This document shows, piece by piece, positions 27,811 to 36,139 of a stretch of 61,770 nt of DNA. A model generated the notes under the pieces. That model did not search any database. It saw only the letters and a list, made by a program, of their open reading frames with translations, and was not told the DNA's origin. This DNA is from an uncultured Gammaproteobacteria bacterium (lineage in GTDB: Bacteria; Patescibacteriota; Patescibacteriia; Magasanikbacterales; GWA2-37-8): contig CAYUHX010000005.1 in assembly GCA_964444705.1 (NCBI GenBank), positions 1 through 61,770 on the forward strand. The letters run 5' to 3'. The translations under genes were made by a program, and so were the position numbers. Position 1 is the first letter of the stretch, and each line of letters opens with the position of its first letter.

Positions 27811-29001
27811 TTACACTATAGAATGATACAGCGAAACTAATTTACTGCGAAAATCCATCACCGCAAATTTTTGCTTCTCCACGCGACAGATTTGTTTAAT
27901 CTTTGCATATATCTCAGCATTATCAAAAGAACGCAAGGCCTCACGCACAGCCACCGGATTACCAGGTGAACATAGAGCCCCCGCCCCGCCAACCACCTCT
28001 GGAATAGCTCCGGAATATGTAGTAATTACAGGGCATTCTGCCGAAATAGCTTCAGCGAGCACATATCCAAATTGCTCTTGCCACAATGGTCCTGGCAAAC
28101 TGCCGAGAAGCAAACACTTAGCCTTTGAATATAAAGAACGCACGGCTTGATTCGGCATGCGTGCAATAAAACGAACTTGTTTTTGCAAACCCCACTCATC
28201 TACTAATCGTTTTAAATTATTTGTTTCTTTTCCACTACCAATGATAAGCAGACACTTCTGCGGCATGATAGAAAAAGAAGCGAGGTATAATTTCCAGCCA
28301 TAGAGAATATCGTAAACTCCTTTTTCTTTTACGAGACGATTAACCATGAGATAAAGCTCATCTTCACTATCTTTTAGTCCAATTGATGATACAATATCAG
28401 CTGCAGAAAAGGTATTAACTTCATCGCGCACAACTCCCGGAGTAAGTACAACGACTTTTTCTTTTGGCACTCCCTGTTCGTAAAGCAGTTCAGCAGAAAG
28501 TTTAGTGATAGGTAAAAAGAGATCAACTCCTCGCACATTTTCTCTTATCATGAACTCAATTTTTTTTCGCCAAAATGCTGGCGGCTGACCAAAACCTGGC
28601 CAATAATTATATTCAAAACGCCCAAAGCTGTTATCCCACACCGTAGCTACCACTTTAAGTGCCGGATTATTTTTTTTGGCACGTACCGCTTGTGTTGTAT
28701 AAAAATAGCTTATTTCTGAAGTATGCGCGATTTGAAAATTTTGTATTTTTTTTTCAAGGCCCCGCATCGCTTGAAATTTACCATGCACAAAACGATCCCA
28801 AAGCGAATGAAGACGATTATCTGTACTGGTAGCCAGATGAGTTACCGGAAAAGAAAGTCCCGATATAGGATATAAGTTTTTTTGACTACAAAAACCAGTA
28901 ATGTCAAATTCATTACCAAGATCTTCCCACTGGCGACCCTCCCATTCGTTCAAACTATCGCCCCGCACCAATGCTACTTTGATTTTCGAGTGATTTTCCA
29001 T
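27811..29001 (-). CDS. GT4 (GT-B fold) glycosyltransferase
   Basis: C-terminal E-x7-E motif (EQFGYVLAE) and a GT-B Rossmann pair. 396 aa. Confidence 0.75.
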   Translation of the reverse strand: MENHSKIKVALVRGDSLNEWEGRQWEDLGNEFDITGFCSQKNLYPISGLSFPVTHLATSTDNRLHSLWDRFVHGKFQAMRGLEKKIQNFQIAHTSEISYFYTTQAVRAKKNNPALKVVATVWDNSFGRFEYNYWPGFGQPPAFWRKKIEFMIRENVRGVDLFLPITKLSAELLYEQGVPKEKVVVLTPGVVRDEVNTFSAADIVSSIGLKDSEDELYLMVNRLVKEKGVYDILYGWKLYLASFSIMPQKCLLIIGSGKETNNLKRLVDEWGLQKQVRFIARMPNQAVRSLYSKAKCLLLGSLPGPLWQEQFGYVLAEAISAECPVITTYSGAIPEVVGGAGALCSPGNPVAVREALRSFDNAEIYAKIKQICRVEKQKFAVMDFRSKLVSLYHSIV

Positions 29002-29786
29002 AAGGTAATTCCTAAAAAAAATTGATACAACCCTAGCTGCAGGCTTACAAGAAAACCTGCCAAGCCATCTAAATAAACATGGCGATATGATCCAATAAAA
29101 TGTTTAAAAAAGTTGATTACTGCATACAAGAGTGGATACGATAAATATGCAGACAACCAATGTTTAAATGTTTCTGGAATAATTTTTTCGTTATATTTTT
29201 TTAACCCTTCATATCCTAAAGCATATTGTACTGCATCGCGTGTTACTCGTTTTTTTAATCTGGGTAATGCAGGCAACCCCAATTTGCTTTCTTTCGGCTC
29301 GTGAGCAAGAACATAGGGGAAATTGGCTATAGGCCCAATAGATTGGATAGAAAAATTATGCAATCCAATTGCCCAACATTTTTTTCGATTAAAAAAACAC
29401 GGTCGATAATTATGACTGGTGATAGCTTTTTTTCCATTCCAAAGCGGCCATTTAAAAGCTACTGCTCCATAATTACTGAGCACCTTTTCATTACATGTTT
29501 TTAAAAATGCAATGAGCTCAGGTGACAAAAACTCATCGGCGTCAATCATGAATACCCAATCATTTTTAGCTTCTTCTAAAATAGCAAGACGATGCGGATC
29601 ACTTCCTCCATACCGAGGACCAACAATACATTTTGCGCCAAATGTAGCAGCTAGTTCAAGCGTGCGATCTTCACAAGGACCGTCATGCACGACAATAATT
29701 TCATCAGCCACTTCTTTTACGCTTGCTAAACAACGACTAATCATTTTTTCTTCATGATATGCGACCGTGCCAAAAGTTATTTTCAT
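28974..29786 (-). CDS. GT2-family glycosyltransferase (short SpsA-like form)
   Basis: TVAYHEEKMISRCL, IIVVHDGPCEDRT, MIDADEF. Confidence 0.65.
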   Translation of the reverse strand: MKITFGTVAYHEEKMISRCLASVKEVADEIIVVHDGPCEDRTLELAATFGAKCIVGPRYGGSDPHRLAILEEAKNDWVFMIDADEFLSPELIAFLKTCNEKVLSNYGAVAFKWPLWNGKKAITSHNYRPCFFNRKKCWAIGLHNFSIQSIGPIANFPYVLAHEPKESKLGLPALPRLKKRVTRDAVQYALGYEGLKKYNEKIIPETFKHWLSAYLSYPLLYAVINFFKHFIGSYRHVYLDGLAGFLVSLQLGLYQFFLGITLWKITRKSK

Positions 29787-31090
29787 ACCCCTTTTATAAA
29801 TCCGCGAGCAGTAAGCGAATCATTTAAGCGCCAACGCCATTTGGCGATAAAATGTGCTACTTCCCAGAACGGTTGCGAAGGATGCGTTATATCTATTTTT
29901 TTTTGGTGCTGATACCAACTTGGAAAAGATAGTATCGTCTCTGCCGAAGGAAAAATGAGTGTTGCTAAATCTTTCTCATCTATCAAACCCATAAGCTGGC
30001 GATATGCTAATTCGTATTGGGTAACCCCTCTTGTGAGATCAAAGAATTCCACGACTTTTTTTCGTCCTGCCCTGCCGAATGCTATTCGCGCATCTCTATC
30101 TTTTGCCAAGTCCTCAATCGCACTCACAAGACCAGACACAGTGCTCACCACCCAGCCAGTTTTGCCATGATCGACCTGTTCGAGCTGTCCATTATCCCAA
30201 TGAGGTGTATTTTCGACCACAATCGGAAGAGACCACACCATGGCTTCATTCAGGGTATTACCAAAAGCTTCTCCTCGTCTCGAAGGATGCACATAGACGT
30301 CGAGCAGCTGATACGTGGCAGCAATTTCAGCTTCATTGTTGGTCTCGGGAAGCACTACCACCCGGTCTAAGTAACCACACTTCTTAAGCCAGGTCAAACG
30401 CGCCGTGGGCAGAGTACGAAACACAAATTTTACCTGTGGAATTTTTTGTACTAACGCAGGCAATGCCGATAAAATAAGGTCTCCCCATTTTACCGGATCA
30501 TTACGACCAATACGACCAAGCACAAAATCATTAGGCTTAAGACCAAGAGCGCTACGCCTGGCGATTATTTCTTCTTTTGAAAGTTTAAATGCATCAAAAT
30601 AATTAACAGTAACTGGGTTATAGATGACACGTTCGCGCAGCCAGGGATTAATTACTCTAGGAATTTTGCCTTTCCAAATTCGCTCAGTGAGCATCATCAT
30701 GCTTTTGTAAATTTGCAGATCAAAACGCGGCCCTAATACAGGATCAGTAAAAGCAAAAATATTCACTTCCATCATTTTTTTTGGTTTAAGGTACTCCACT
30801 ACCGCAGTATGCAACGGCTCCATGTGCCCACTTCGTTGTAAGTGCAACACATCCACCTCTCCGGGTTGGCAGAGTTTTTTGATACTTTCGATACTGCCAT
30901 CTCCCACAAGTACCCTAACACCCGCCTGCACGAGTTCTTCCACCCGCCCACCACCCGCTTCCATACAAAGCACAGTGACATCAAACTGTTCTTTATTAAG
31001 ATACCGCGCAACAGTTTGCACAGTGCGTTCAGCCCCACCAAGCCCCATGATGTTTGTGGCGAGCATCACTTTGATTCGGGTACTACTCAT
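29783..31090 (-). CDS. GT4 (GT-B fold) glycosyltransferase
   Basis: GGAERTV N-terminal motif and E-x7-E (EAFGNTLNE). The ORF track starts at 31138, but the ATG at 31090 (MSSTRIKVML..) forms an ATGA overlap with the asnB-like stop and matches the family N-terminus. Confidence 0.75.
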   Translation of the reverse strand: MSSTRIKVMLATNIMGLGGAERTVQTVARYLNKEQFDVTVLCMEAGGGRVEELVQAGVRVLVGDGSIESIKKLCQPGEVDVLHLQRSGHMEPLHTAVVEYLKPKKMMEVNIFAFTDPVLGPRFDLQIYKSMMMLTERIWKGKIPRVINPWLRERVIYNPVTVNYFDAFKLSKEEIIARRSALGLKPNDFVLGRIGRNDPVKWGDLILSALPALVQKIPQVKFVFRTLPTARLTWLKKCGYLDRVVVLPETNNEAEIAATYQLLDVYVHPSRRGEAFGNTLNEAMVWSLPIVVENTPHWDNGQLEQVDHGKTGWVVSTVSGLVSAIEDLAKDRDARIAFGRAGRKKVVEFFDLTRGVTQYELAYRQLMGLIDEKDLATLIFPSAETILSFPSWYQHQKKIDITHPSQPFWEVAHFIAKWRWRLNDSLTARGFIKGV

Positions 31091-33009
31091 ACAGAAAAAA
31101 ATTTCTCTAACCACGCTTCTAGAAGTAAAAGCGACCAAATATGATTGCTATAATCGGCCAATCCATTTTTATGATCTTCGATTAAACGCTCAATAACTGA
31201 TTTTCGACAAAATTGATAGAGCGGAGTGTTGCTGCTCAGTAATTTTTCTCGCACATAGGGGTACATTTCTTTTTTCATCCAGTCACCAATAGGAATACCA
31301 AATCCCATTTTACGACGAGTAAGAATAGTTTCTGGTAAACGATTTTTCATCACTTCTTTCCAAATCCATTTTACTTTGCCTCCATGAATTTTAAGGTTTT
31401 GGTTCAGGCTAAGGGATTTTTCAATCAATCGATGGTCTAAAAAAGGTGGACGAGTTTCGATTGCATAGCGCATCCCGCCGAAATCAACTTTCATTAAATA
31501 ATCATCGCTGAGGCGTGAAACAATATCCGCTAAAATTGCTTGATTTGAGGCGCCATACTTTTTTAATTCATTTGCACCCAGCCATTCCTCCATGATCTTT
31601 TCAGCCGCCGAAATGTCAATTTGCTTTTTAAATTCTTCTGTATATAAATCTTCTTTAGTGAGATAAAAATGGCTGGCGTGAAATTCCTTTTGCCAAATAC
31701 CATAATAATCAACATATGCCTGAAGAGCTGGATGGCTGAGCATTTCTGAACGATACCATTGTTTACCTATCGCACGACTATGAGTAAGCTTGGCTGCAGC
31801 TGAAAAAAAAGAAGGAACCGCTTTTTGATAAAACCACGACGGCAACCGTTGATACGACAAAAGATGTGCATAAAAAGAATGATTCGGATAACCACCAAAA
31901 CACTCATCTCCCCCATCACCTGTTAAAACCACCGTGACATGTGGTTTGGTAAGTTCGGCCATAGCCATGGTTGGCACCGCAGAATTATCAAAAAATGGTT
32001 CTTCATACTGCGCCACAAGACCTGGCAACATGGTGATTACCTGCGGATCAATAATAATTTCCGTGTGTTCTGTTTTGAAACGATCAGAAACTATTTTAGC
32101 AAAAGGTGTTTCACTATCAGGGCGATCTTTAAAACCCACTGAAAATGTTTTAACTGGCCGCGAAGAAACTTCGGCCATGGCGGCCACCACAGAACTCGAA
32201 TCAAGCCCACCACTTAAAAAAGCTCCTACTGGCACATCGCTGATCATTCTTTTTTGCACTGCGTCTTTAAATAGTGACCAGAGTTCGTTTTTAAGAGTGG
32301 TGATATCCAGATTTTCTCTCACTTTAGCAAAATTTTTTGGTTGCCAATAGGCTTTAATTTTTAACTGTCCTTCATGCCATTCAAGATAATGTCCTGCGGG
32401 CAACTTAAAAATTCCTTTGAACCCTGTGGCTGGCGCCGGCACATAGCGATATGTCAATGCCAAATCAACCGCAGACCAATCAACCTGTCTTTTGACCTGT
32501 GGATAGGCCAAAAGAGCTTTTAGCTCTGATGCAAAAACAAAACAATTTTCATCAAAATAATATTTAAATGGTTTTTCTCCAAGTCGATCCCGCGCAGCAA
32601 AAAGACGCTGTTCTTGTTCATCCCACACCGCAAAAGCAAACATGCCATTAAGCTTATCAAGACACGCAGCTCCCCAGGCAGCAAACGCATAAAGAAGCAC
32701 TTCTGTATCACTTTGTGATTTAAAGTGCCAACCAATTTTTTCTAATTCTTGCTTAATTTCCTGATAATTATAAATTTCACCATTAAAGGTAATTGAAAAA
32801 CGCCCATCGGGCGTCTGCATAGGTTGGTGACCGAGCGGACTAAGGTCAATTATAGCTAGGCGTCGGTGACCCAAGGCAACATTTTTATGCACACCAAACC
32901 AAGATCCTTCATCTTCGGGTCCACGATGTACAATGGCGCCAAGCATATCGCGAAAAACCTTTTGGTCTATCGGAACACGGCGTTGAATTACTCCAAAAAT
33001 GCCACACAT
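31087..33009 (-). CDS. glutamine-hydrolysing asparagine synthase family amidotransferase (AsnB/WbpS-like)
   Basis: MCGI N-terminal nucleophile, GHRRLAIID, and the PP-loop SGGLDSS. 640 aa. Confidence 0.85.
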   Translation of the reverse strand: MCGIFGVIQRRVPIDQKVFRDMLGAIVHRGPEDEGSWFGVHKNVALGHRRLAIIDLSPLGHQPMQTPDGRFSITFNGEIYNYQEIKQELEKIGWHFKSQSDTEVLLYAFAAWGAACLDKLNGMFAFAVWDEQEQRLFAARDRLGEKPFKYYFDENCFVFASELKALLAYPQVKRQVDWSAVDLALTYRYVPAPATGFKGIFKLPAGHYLEWHEGQLKIKAYWQPKNFAKVRENLDITTLKNELWSLFKDAVQKRMISDVPVGAFLSGGLDSSSVVAAMAEVSSRPVKTFSVGFKDRPDSETPFAKIVSDRFKTEHTEIIIDPQVITMLPGLVAQYEEPFFDNSAVPTMAMAELTKPHVTVVLTGDGGDECFGGYPNHSFYAHLLSYQRLPSWFYQKAVPSFFSAAAKLTHSRAIGKQWYRSEMLSHPALQAYVDYYGIWQKEFHASHFYLTKEDLYTEEFKKQIDISAAEKIMEEWLGANELKKYGASNQAILADIVSRLSDDYLMKVDFGGMRYAIETRPPFLDHRLIEKSLSLNQNLKIHGGKVKWIWKEVMKNRLPETILTRRKMGFGIPIGDWMKKEMYPYVREKLLSSNTPLYQFCRKSVIERLIEDHKNGLADYSNHIWSLLLLEAWLEKFFSV

Positions 33010-33050
33010 ATAGGCTATATAGTACCATTTTTACTCAAAAACAGCAATAA

Positions 33051-34859
33051 TTATTTCTTAAAAAGATACATTTTAAAGTAAGGCGTTTCCTCACGTAAGT
33101 CGTAGTGAGTAAGTTTAGGATAAAGAAAATTTTCAGCCACCACAATTGCGGGTTCAGTGGTTTTGAAAAAAAATATGGCATCATAATTCTGCTGCTGAAT
33201 GTCAGACAATAGTTCTTGTCGCGTAGAAGTAGAAAAGACAAAAAGTGGATTGGCAAAGCGAGAATAATTTGGCCGGTTGGCAATATAATATAACCCCGGA
33301 GCATCCTCAGAGACAATGAGTATTTTTGCAGATGTAGGCAATTCAGAAACACTCTCTTGAAAGGCATTAATAAGAGCAACTGTTTCGGGTGGAAAAAAGA
33401 AAGAAACCTGTGAATGAGAATCTCGCCAACGTTCAGTTCTTGTGGTGCTATGCACGTCAAAACGATAAAAGAAAAATGCCCATACAAGCACGCCTACAAG
33501 GCCATATAGCCCTACAATTCCCACTACCATCAAATGAAATGGATCATTTCGATTTTCAATAAACAAAAGATAGGCGGCCGGCAGCACAAACACTAACGTA
33601 AGCGATTCATATGCATACCCAGTTGCGCCACCAAGTGATTTAAAAAAATACCCCAAGGCAAGCATGATAAAAGAAAAAAGAACAAGCTCAAAAACAGTTA
33701 GGTGTTTAGTTTTAATAAAAGAGAGCAGCCATTTAATTGCCCAAAAAGAAAAAATACTTAACGGAAAAAGATAGAGATAAAATAAACCGCTAAACACCAA
33801 TTTACCAGCCCCGTCCAAGCTGTGTGTCATTAAAATTTTTTTTAAGAGAGGCCAAAAAATTGGTAGATTATACTCAACCAAGCCACCCACCACCGAACGA
33901 GCATATTGAAAAGAATTTTTAAAAAAAGGAGTGAGTGGAGAATAAAAAAAACACACACCGAGCAACGCATACCACGCAAAAATGATCCATTTTTTATTCG
34001 TAACAATGCCCTTTGTTTTTTCCGCATACCACAATATTCCCCACAAAATAAGCGCCAAAGCTTCGGCTACAATACCTGTTTCTGGAGATATTAAAAAAAC
34101 AAAAATCGGACTTACTTGACTCAAAATAAAAAAAATTGACGATCGGTATTCAAGTGCCAAAGCAGCAAAAAGTAAAGGTAAAAGTGCTGATAGTGGGCGC
34201 AAAAGGGTACCATGAATAGAGGCTGGACTAAAAAAAAGCGACTGAAATAAAATGATACTCCACACAATAAAAAAATATCTATTCCAAGTGTTCACTTTCG
34301 CCATCCGCAACGTCAGCCAGACAAAAAATAAAGCCAAACTATCAAGTGCTATTTTGAGTATTAAAGTAGCAATAACACTGTTGCCGAAAAGGAAGGTCAA
34401 CCCCCACGCACACACAATTGGTAAAAAACCATAGGGAAAATAAAAATGTACGTTTGGCCACAAACCATGCTGTATAGACACAATACTCCCCCAAAACAAA
34501 CCCTGTTCTCGCATGAATCCGGTTTCGCCAATTAAAGATAAAGTGGCATATCCTATCACAAAAGCAGTCAGAAAAAATAAAAAAAAGAACCACACTGCAT
34601 CACGTCTTAATTTAAAAGGTTTTTGAGCTGACAAAATTGAGACTGGTGCCAAAACTATTTTTTTTGGCTCGACAAATTTTTCATACCACACCAACAACAA
34701 TGCCACACTCCCTATATACCCATAGACAATCAATGGGTTGCGTGGGCTACTTGATAAAAATAAAATTAAAAAATGATGTGCAAAATAAAAAGGAATTACA
34801 GGCATGATCACACACAATGCTACCAATGATATTTTTTTTAGCAGCGTTTGATGAAACAC
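33051..34859 (-). CDS. large polytopic membrane protein with soluble C-terminal domain (possible GT-C-type transferase)
   Basis: 602 aa, about 13 TM, about 130-aa C-terminal soluble domain. GTG start. I recognise no diagnostic motif. The alternative-frame ORF 33035..33487 is spurious. Confidence 0.45.
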   Translation of the reverse strand: MFHQTLLKKISLVALCVIMPVIPFYFAHHFLILFLSSSPRNPLIVYGYIGSVALLLVWYEKFVEPKKIVLAPVSILSAQKPFKLRRDAVWFFFLFFLTAFVIGYATLSLIGETGFMREQGLFWGSIVSIQHGLWPNVHFYFPYGFLPIVCAWGLTFLFGNSVIATLILKIALDSLALFFVWLTLRMAKVNTWNRYFFIVWSIILFQSLFFSPASIHGTLLRPLSALLPLLFAALALEYRSSIFFILSQVSPIFVFLISPETGIVAEALALILWGILWYAEKTKGIVTNKKWIIFAWYALLGVCFFYSPLTPFFKNSFQYARSVVGGLVEYNLPIFWPLLKKILMTHSLDGAGKLVFSGLFYLYLFPLSIFSFWAIKWLLSFIKTKHLTVFELVLFSFIMLALGYFFKSLGGATGYAYESLTLVFVLPAAYLLFIENRNDPFHLMVVGIVGLYGLVGVLVWAFFFYRFDVHSTTRTERWRDSHSQVSFFFPPETVALINAFQESVSELPTSAKILIVSEDAPGLYYIANRPNYSRFANPLFVFSTSTRQELLSDIQQQNYDAIFFFKTTEPAIVVAENFLYPKLTHYDLREETPYFKMYLFKK

Positions 34860-34865
34860 AAAATT

Positions 34866-34979
34866 TTAGAAATTATTATAAATAAAAATCTCTGAATTGC
34901 CAGTTGATGCTAATAAAATAGCTATAACAATGAGCGCAAGAAAAAAACCTATAATCAATTGTTTCGCCTTAACATACAT
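34866..34979 (-). CDS. 37-aa DltX-like microprotein (single TM plus C-terminal F-x-Y-x-x-F acyl-shuttle motif)
   Basis: Hand-translated: MYVKAKQLIIGFFLALIVIAILLASTGNSEIFIYNNF*. The ATG lies 8 nt after the MBOAT stop, and the TAA lies 6 nt before the next gene start. It is below the 60-aa cut-off of the ORF track. The C-terminus FIYNNF matches the DltX (DUF3687) terminal hexapeptide as I remember it. Confidence 0.6.
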   Translation of the reverse strand: MYVKAKQLIIGFFLALIVIAILLASTGNSEIFIYNNF

Positions 34980-34987
34980 ATTTTAAA

Positions 34988-36139
34988 TTAAAAAATTTTT
35001 TTCAAAATTAAAAAAGCATCATGTATATTTTCGGTAACAAAAAAAGACCAACCAATTGACACAAAACTAAATGTAAGCACACCTGATAAGATCTTTTTAA
35101 TAAAGCTGGAATTTTGCTGTGGTAAATAACGTTGAAAACATTTCTCAAGACACAACCCTAACCCATGCCATAAACCCCAAAGCGCAAACGTCCAGTTCGC
35201 ACCGTGCCAAAAACCACTCAATAAAAATGTAAATAAAATATTACGATACATCGCCATTTCACCTGTGCGGCTACCGCCCAGCGGAATATATACATAATCC
35301 TTAAACCATGACGAAAGAGATATATGCCAACGTTTCCAAAAATCAGTTAATGTAATACTTAGATATGGAGCGTTAAAATTCTGAGGAATATTGATTCCAA
35401 AAAGTAATGCACTTCCAATAGCAATATTGCTTAAACCAGCAAAATCAAAAAAAATTCGAAATGAATATACACATAATTGGCGCAATGCAGCCATTCGCGA
35501 ATAAAGTGTTATCGGATGTGCTAAATCAGTAGTGAGTGGCACCAGATTATCTGCAATAAGATATTTTTGCGCATACCCAAGTACGATAAGACTAACACCA
35601 TAATACAAAAATCGCGGTTCAAATACGATTTTTTCTAATTGTGGCTTAAATGATTCATAACGCTTTACTGGGCCAGACAATAAACTTGGGAAAAATAAAC
35701 TAAAACAAAGAAAATCTTTTAAACGAACATGTGAAATTTTTTGCTGATAGACATCAACCAAATAGTGTATAAATTCAAACGTAAAAAAAGAAATACCGAG
35801 CGGCATGACAATAGCACTAAAACCAACGCCAACACCAATTGAACGGAGTGTTGCCGTAAATAAAGTACCATACTTAAAATACAACAAAGTCAACACCAAA
35901 AAACAAACGGCAACAGCAAGATCAGAACGTCGCCGTGTGCGTACAATTTTTTTCGCGAAGAAAAAAACTATGGCAGCAAGTACGGCAACCTCAAAAAGCG
36001 ATCGTCCGCCATAAGAGGCATAAAAAATAATTCCAAAAATAATTAAAGCGTGCACTCGCCACTTCGCAGGAATACACCACCAATAAATACCAAGACTACC
36101 GACCAAAAAAACAAAATAAAGATAACTATTAAAAAGCAT
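34988..36139 (-). CDS. MBOAT-family membrane O-acyltransferase (DltB/AlgI/PatA-like)
   Basis: MLFNSYLYF start typical of AlgI/DltB. FWKRWHISLSSWFKDYVYIPLGG and the catalytic-His motif GFWHGANW. The ORF track starts at 36166; the ATG at 36139 is preferred. Confidence 0.85.
   Translation of the reverse strand: MLFNSYLYFVFLVGSLGIYWWCIPAKWRVHALIIFGIIFYASYGGRSLFEVAVLAAIVFFFAKKIVRTRRRSDLAVAVCFLVLTLLYFKYGTLFTATLRSIGVGVGFSAIVMPLGISFFTFEFIHYLVDVYQQKISHVRLKDFLCFSLFFPSLLSGPVKRYESFKPQLEKIVFEPRFLYYGVSLIVLGYAQKYLIADNLVPLTTDLAHPITLYSRMAALRQLCVYSFRIFFDFAGLSNIAIGSALLFGINIPQNFNAPYLSITLTDFWKRWHISLSSWFKDYVYIPLGGSRTGEMAMYRNILFTFLLSGFWHGANWTFALWGLWHGLGLCLEKCFQRYLPQQNSSFIKKILSGVLTFSFVSIGWSFFVTENIHDAFLILKKIF

Noticed and set aside
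14053-31090. Possibility of an alternative genetic code (UGA recoded as in Gracilibacteria/Absconditabacteria), given the CPR-like content.
   Set aside because: TGA terminates several well-delimited genes, including ATGA start/stop overlaps (31087-31090, 14053-14056) and the anti-sigma-like gene (56396). All long ORFs are intact under code 11.
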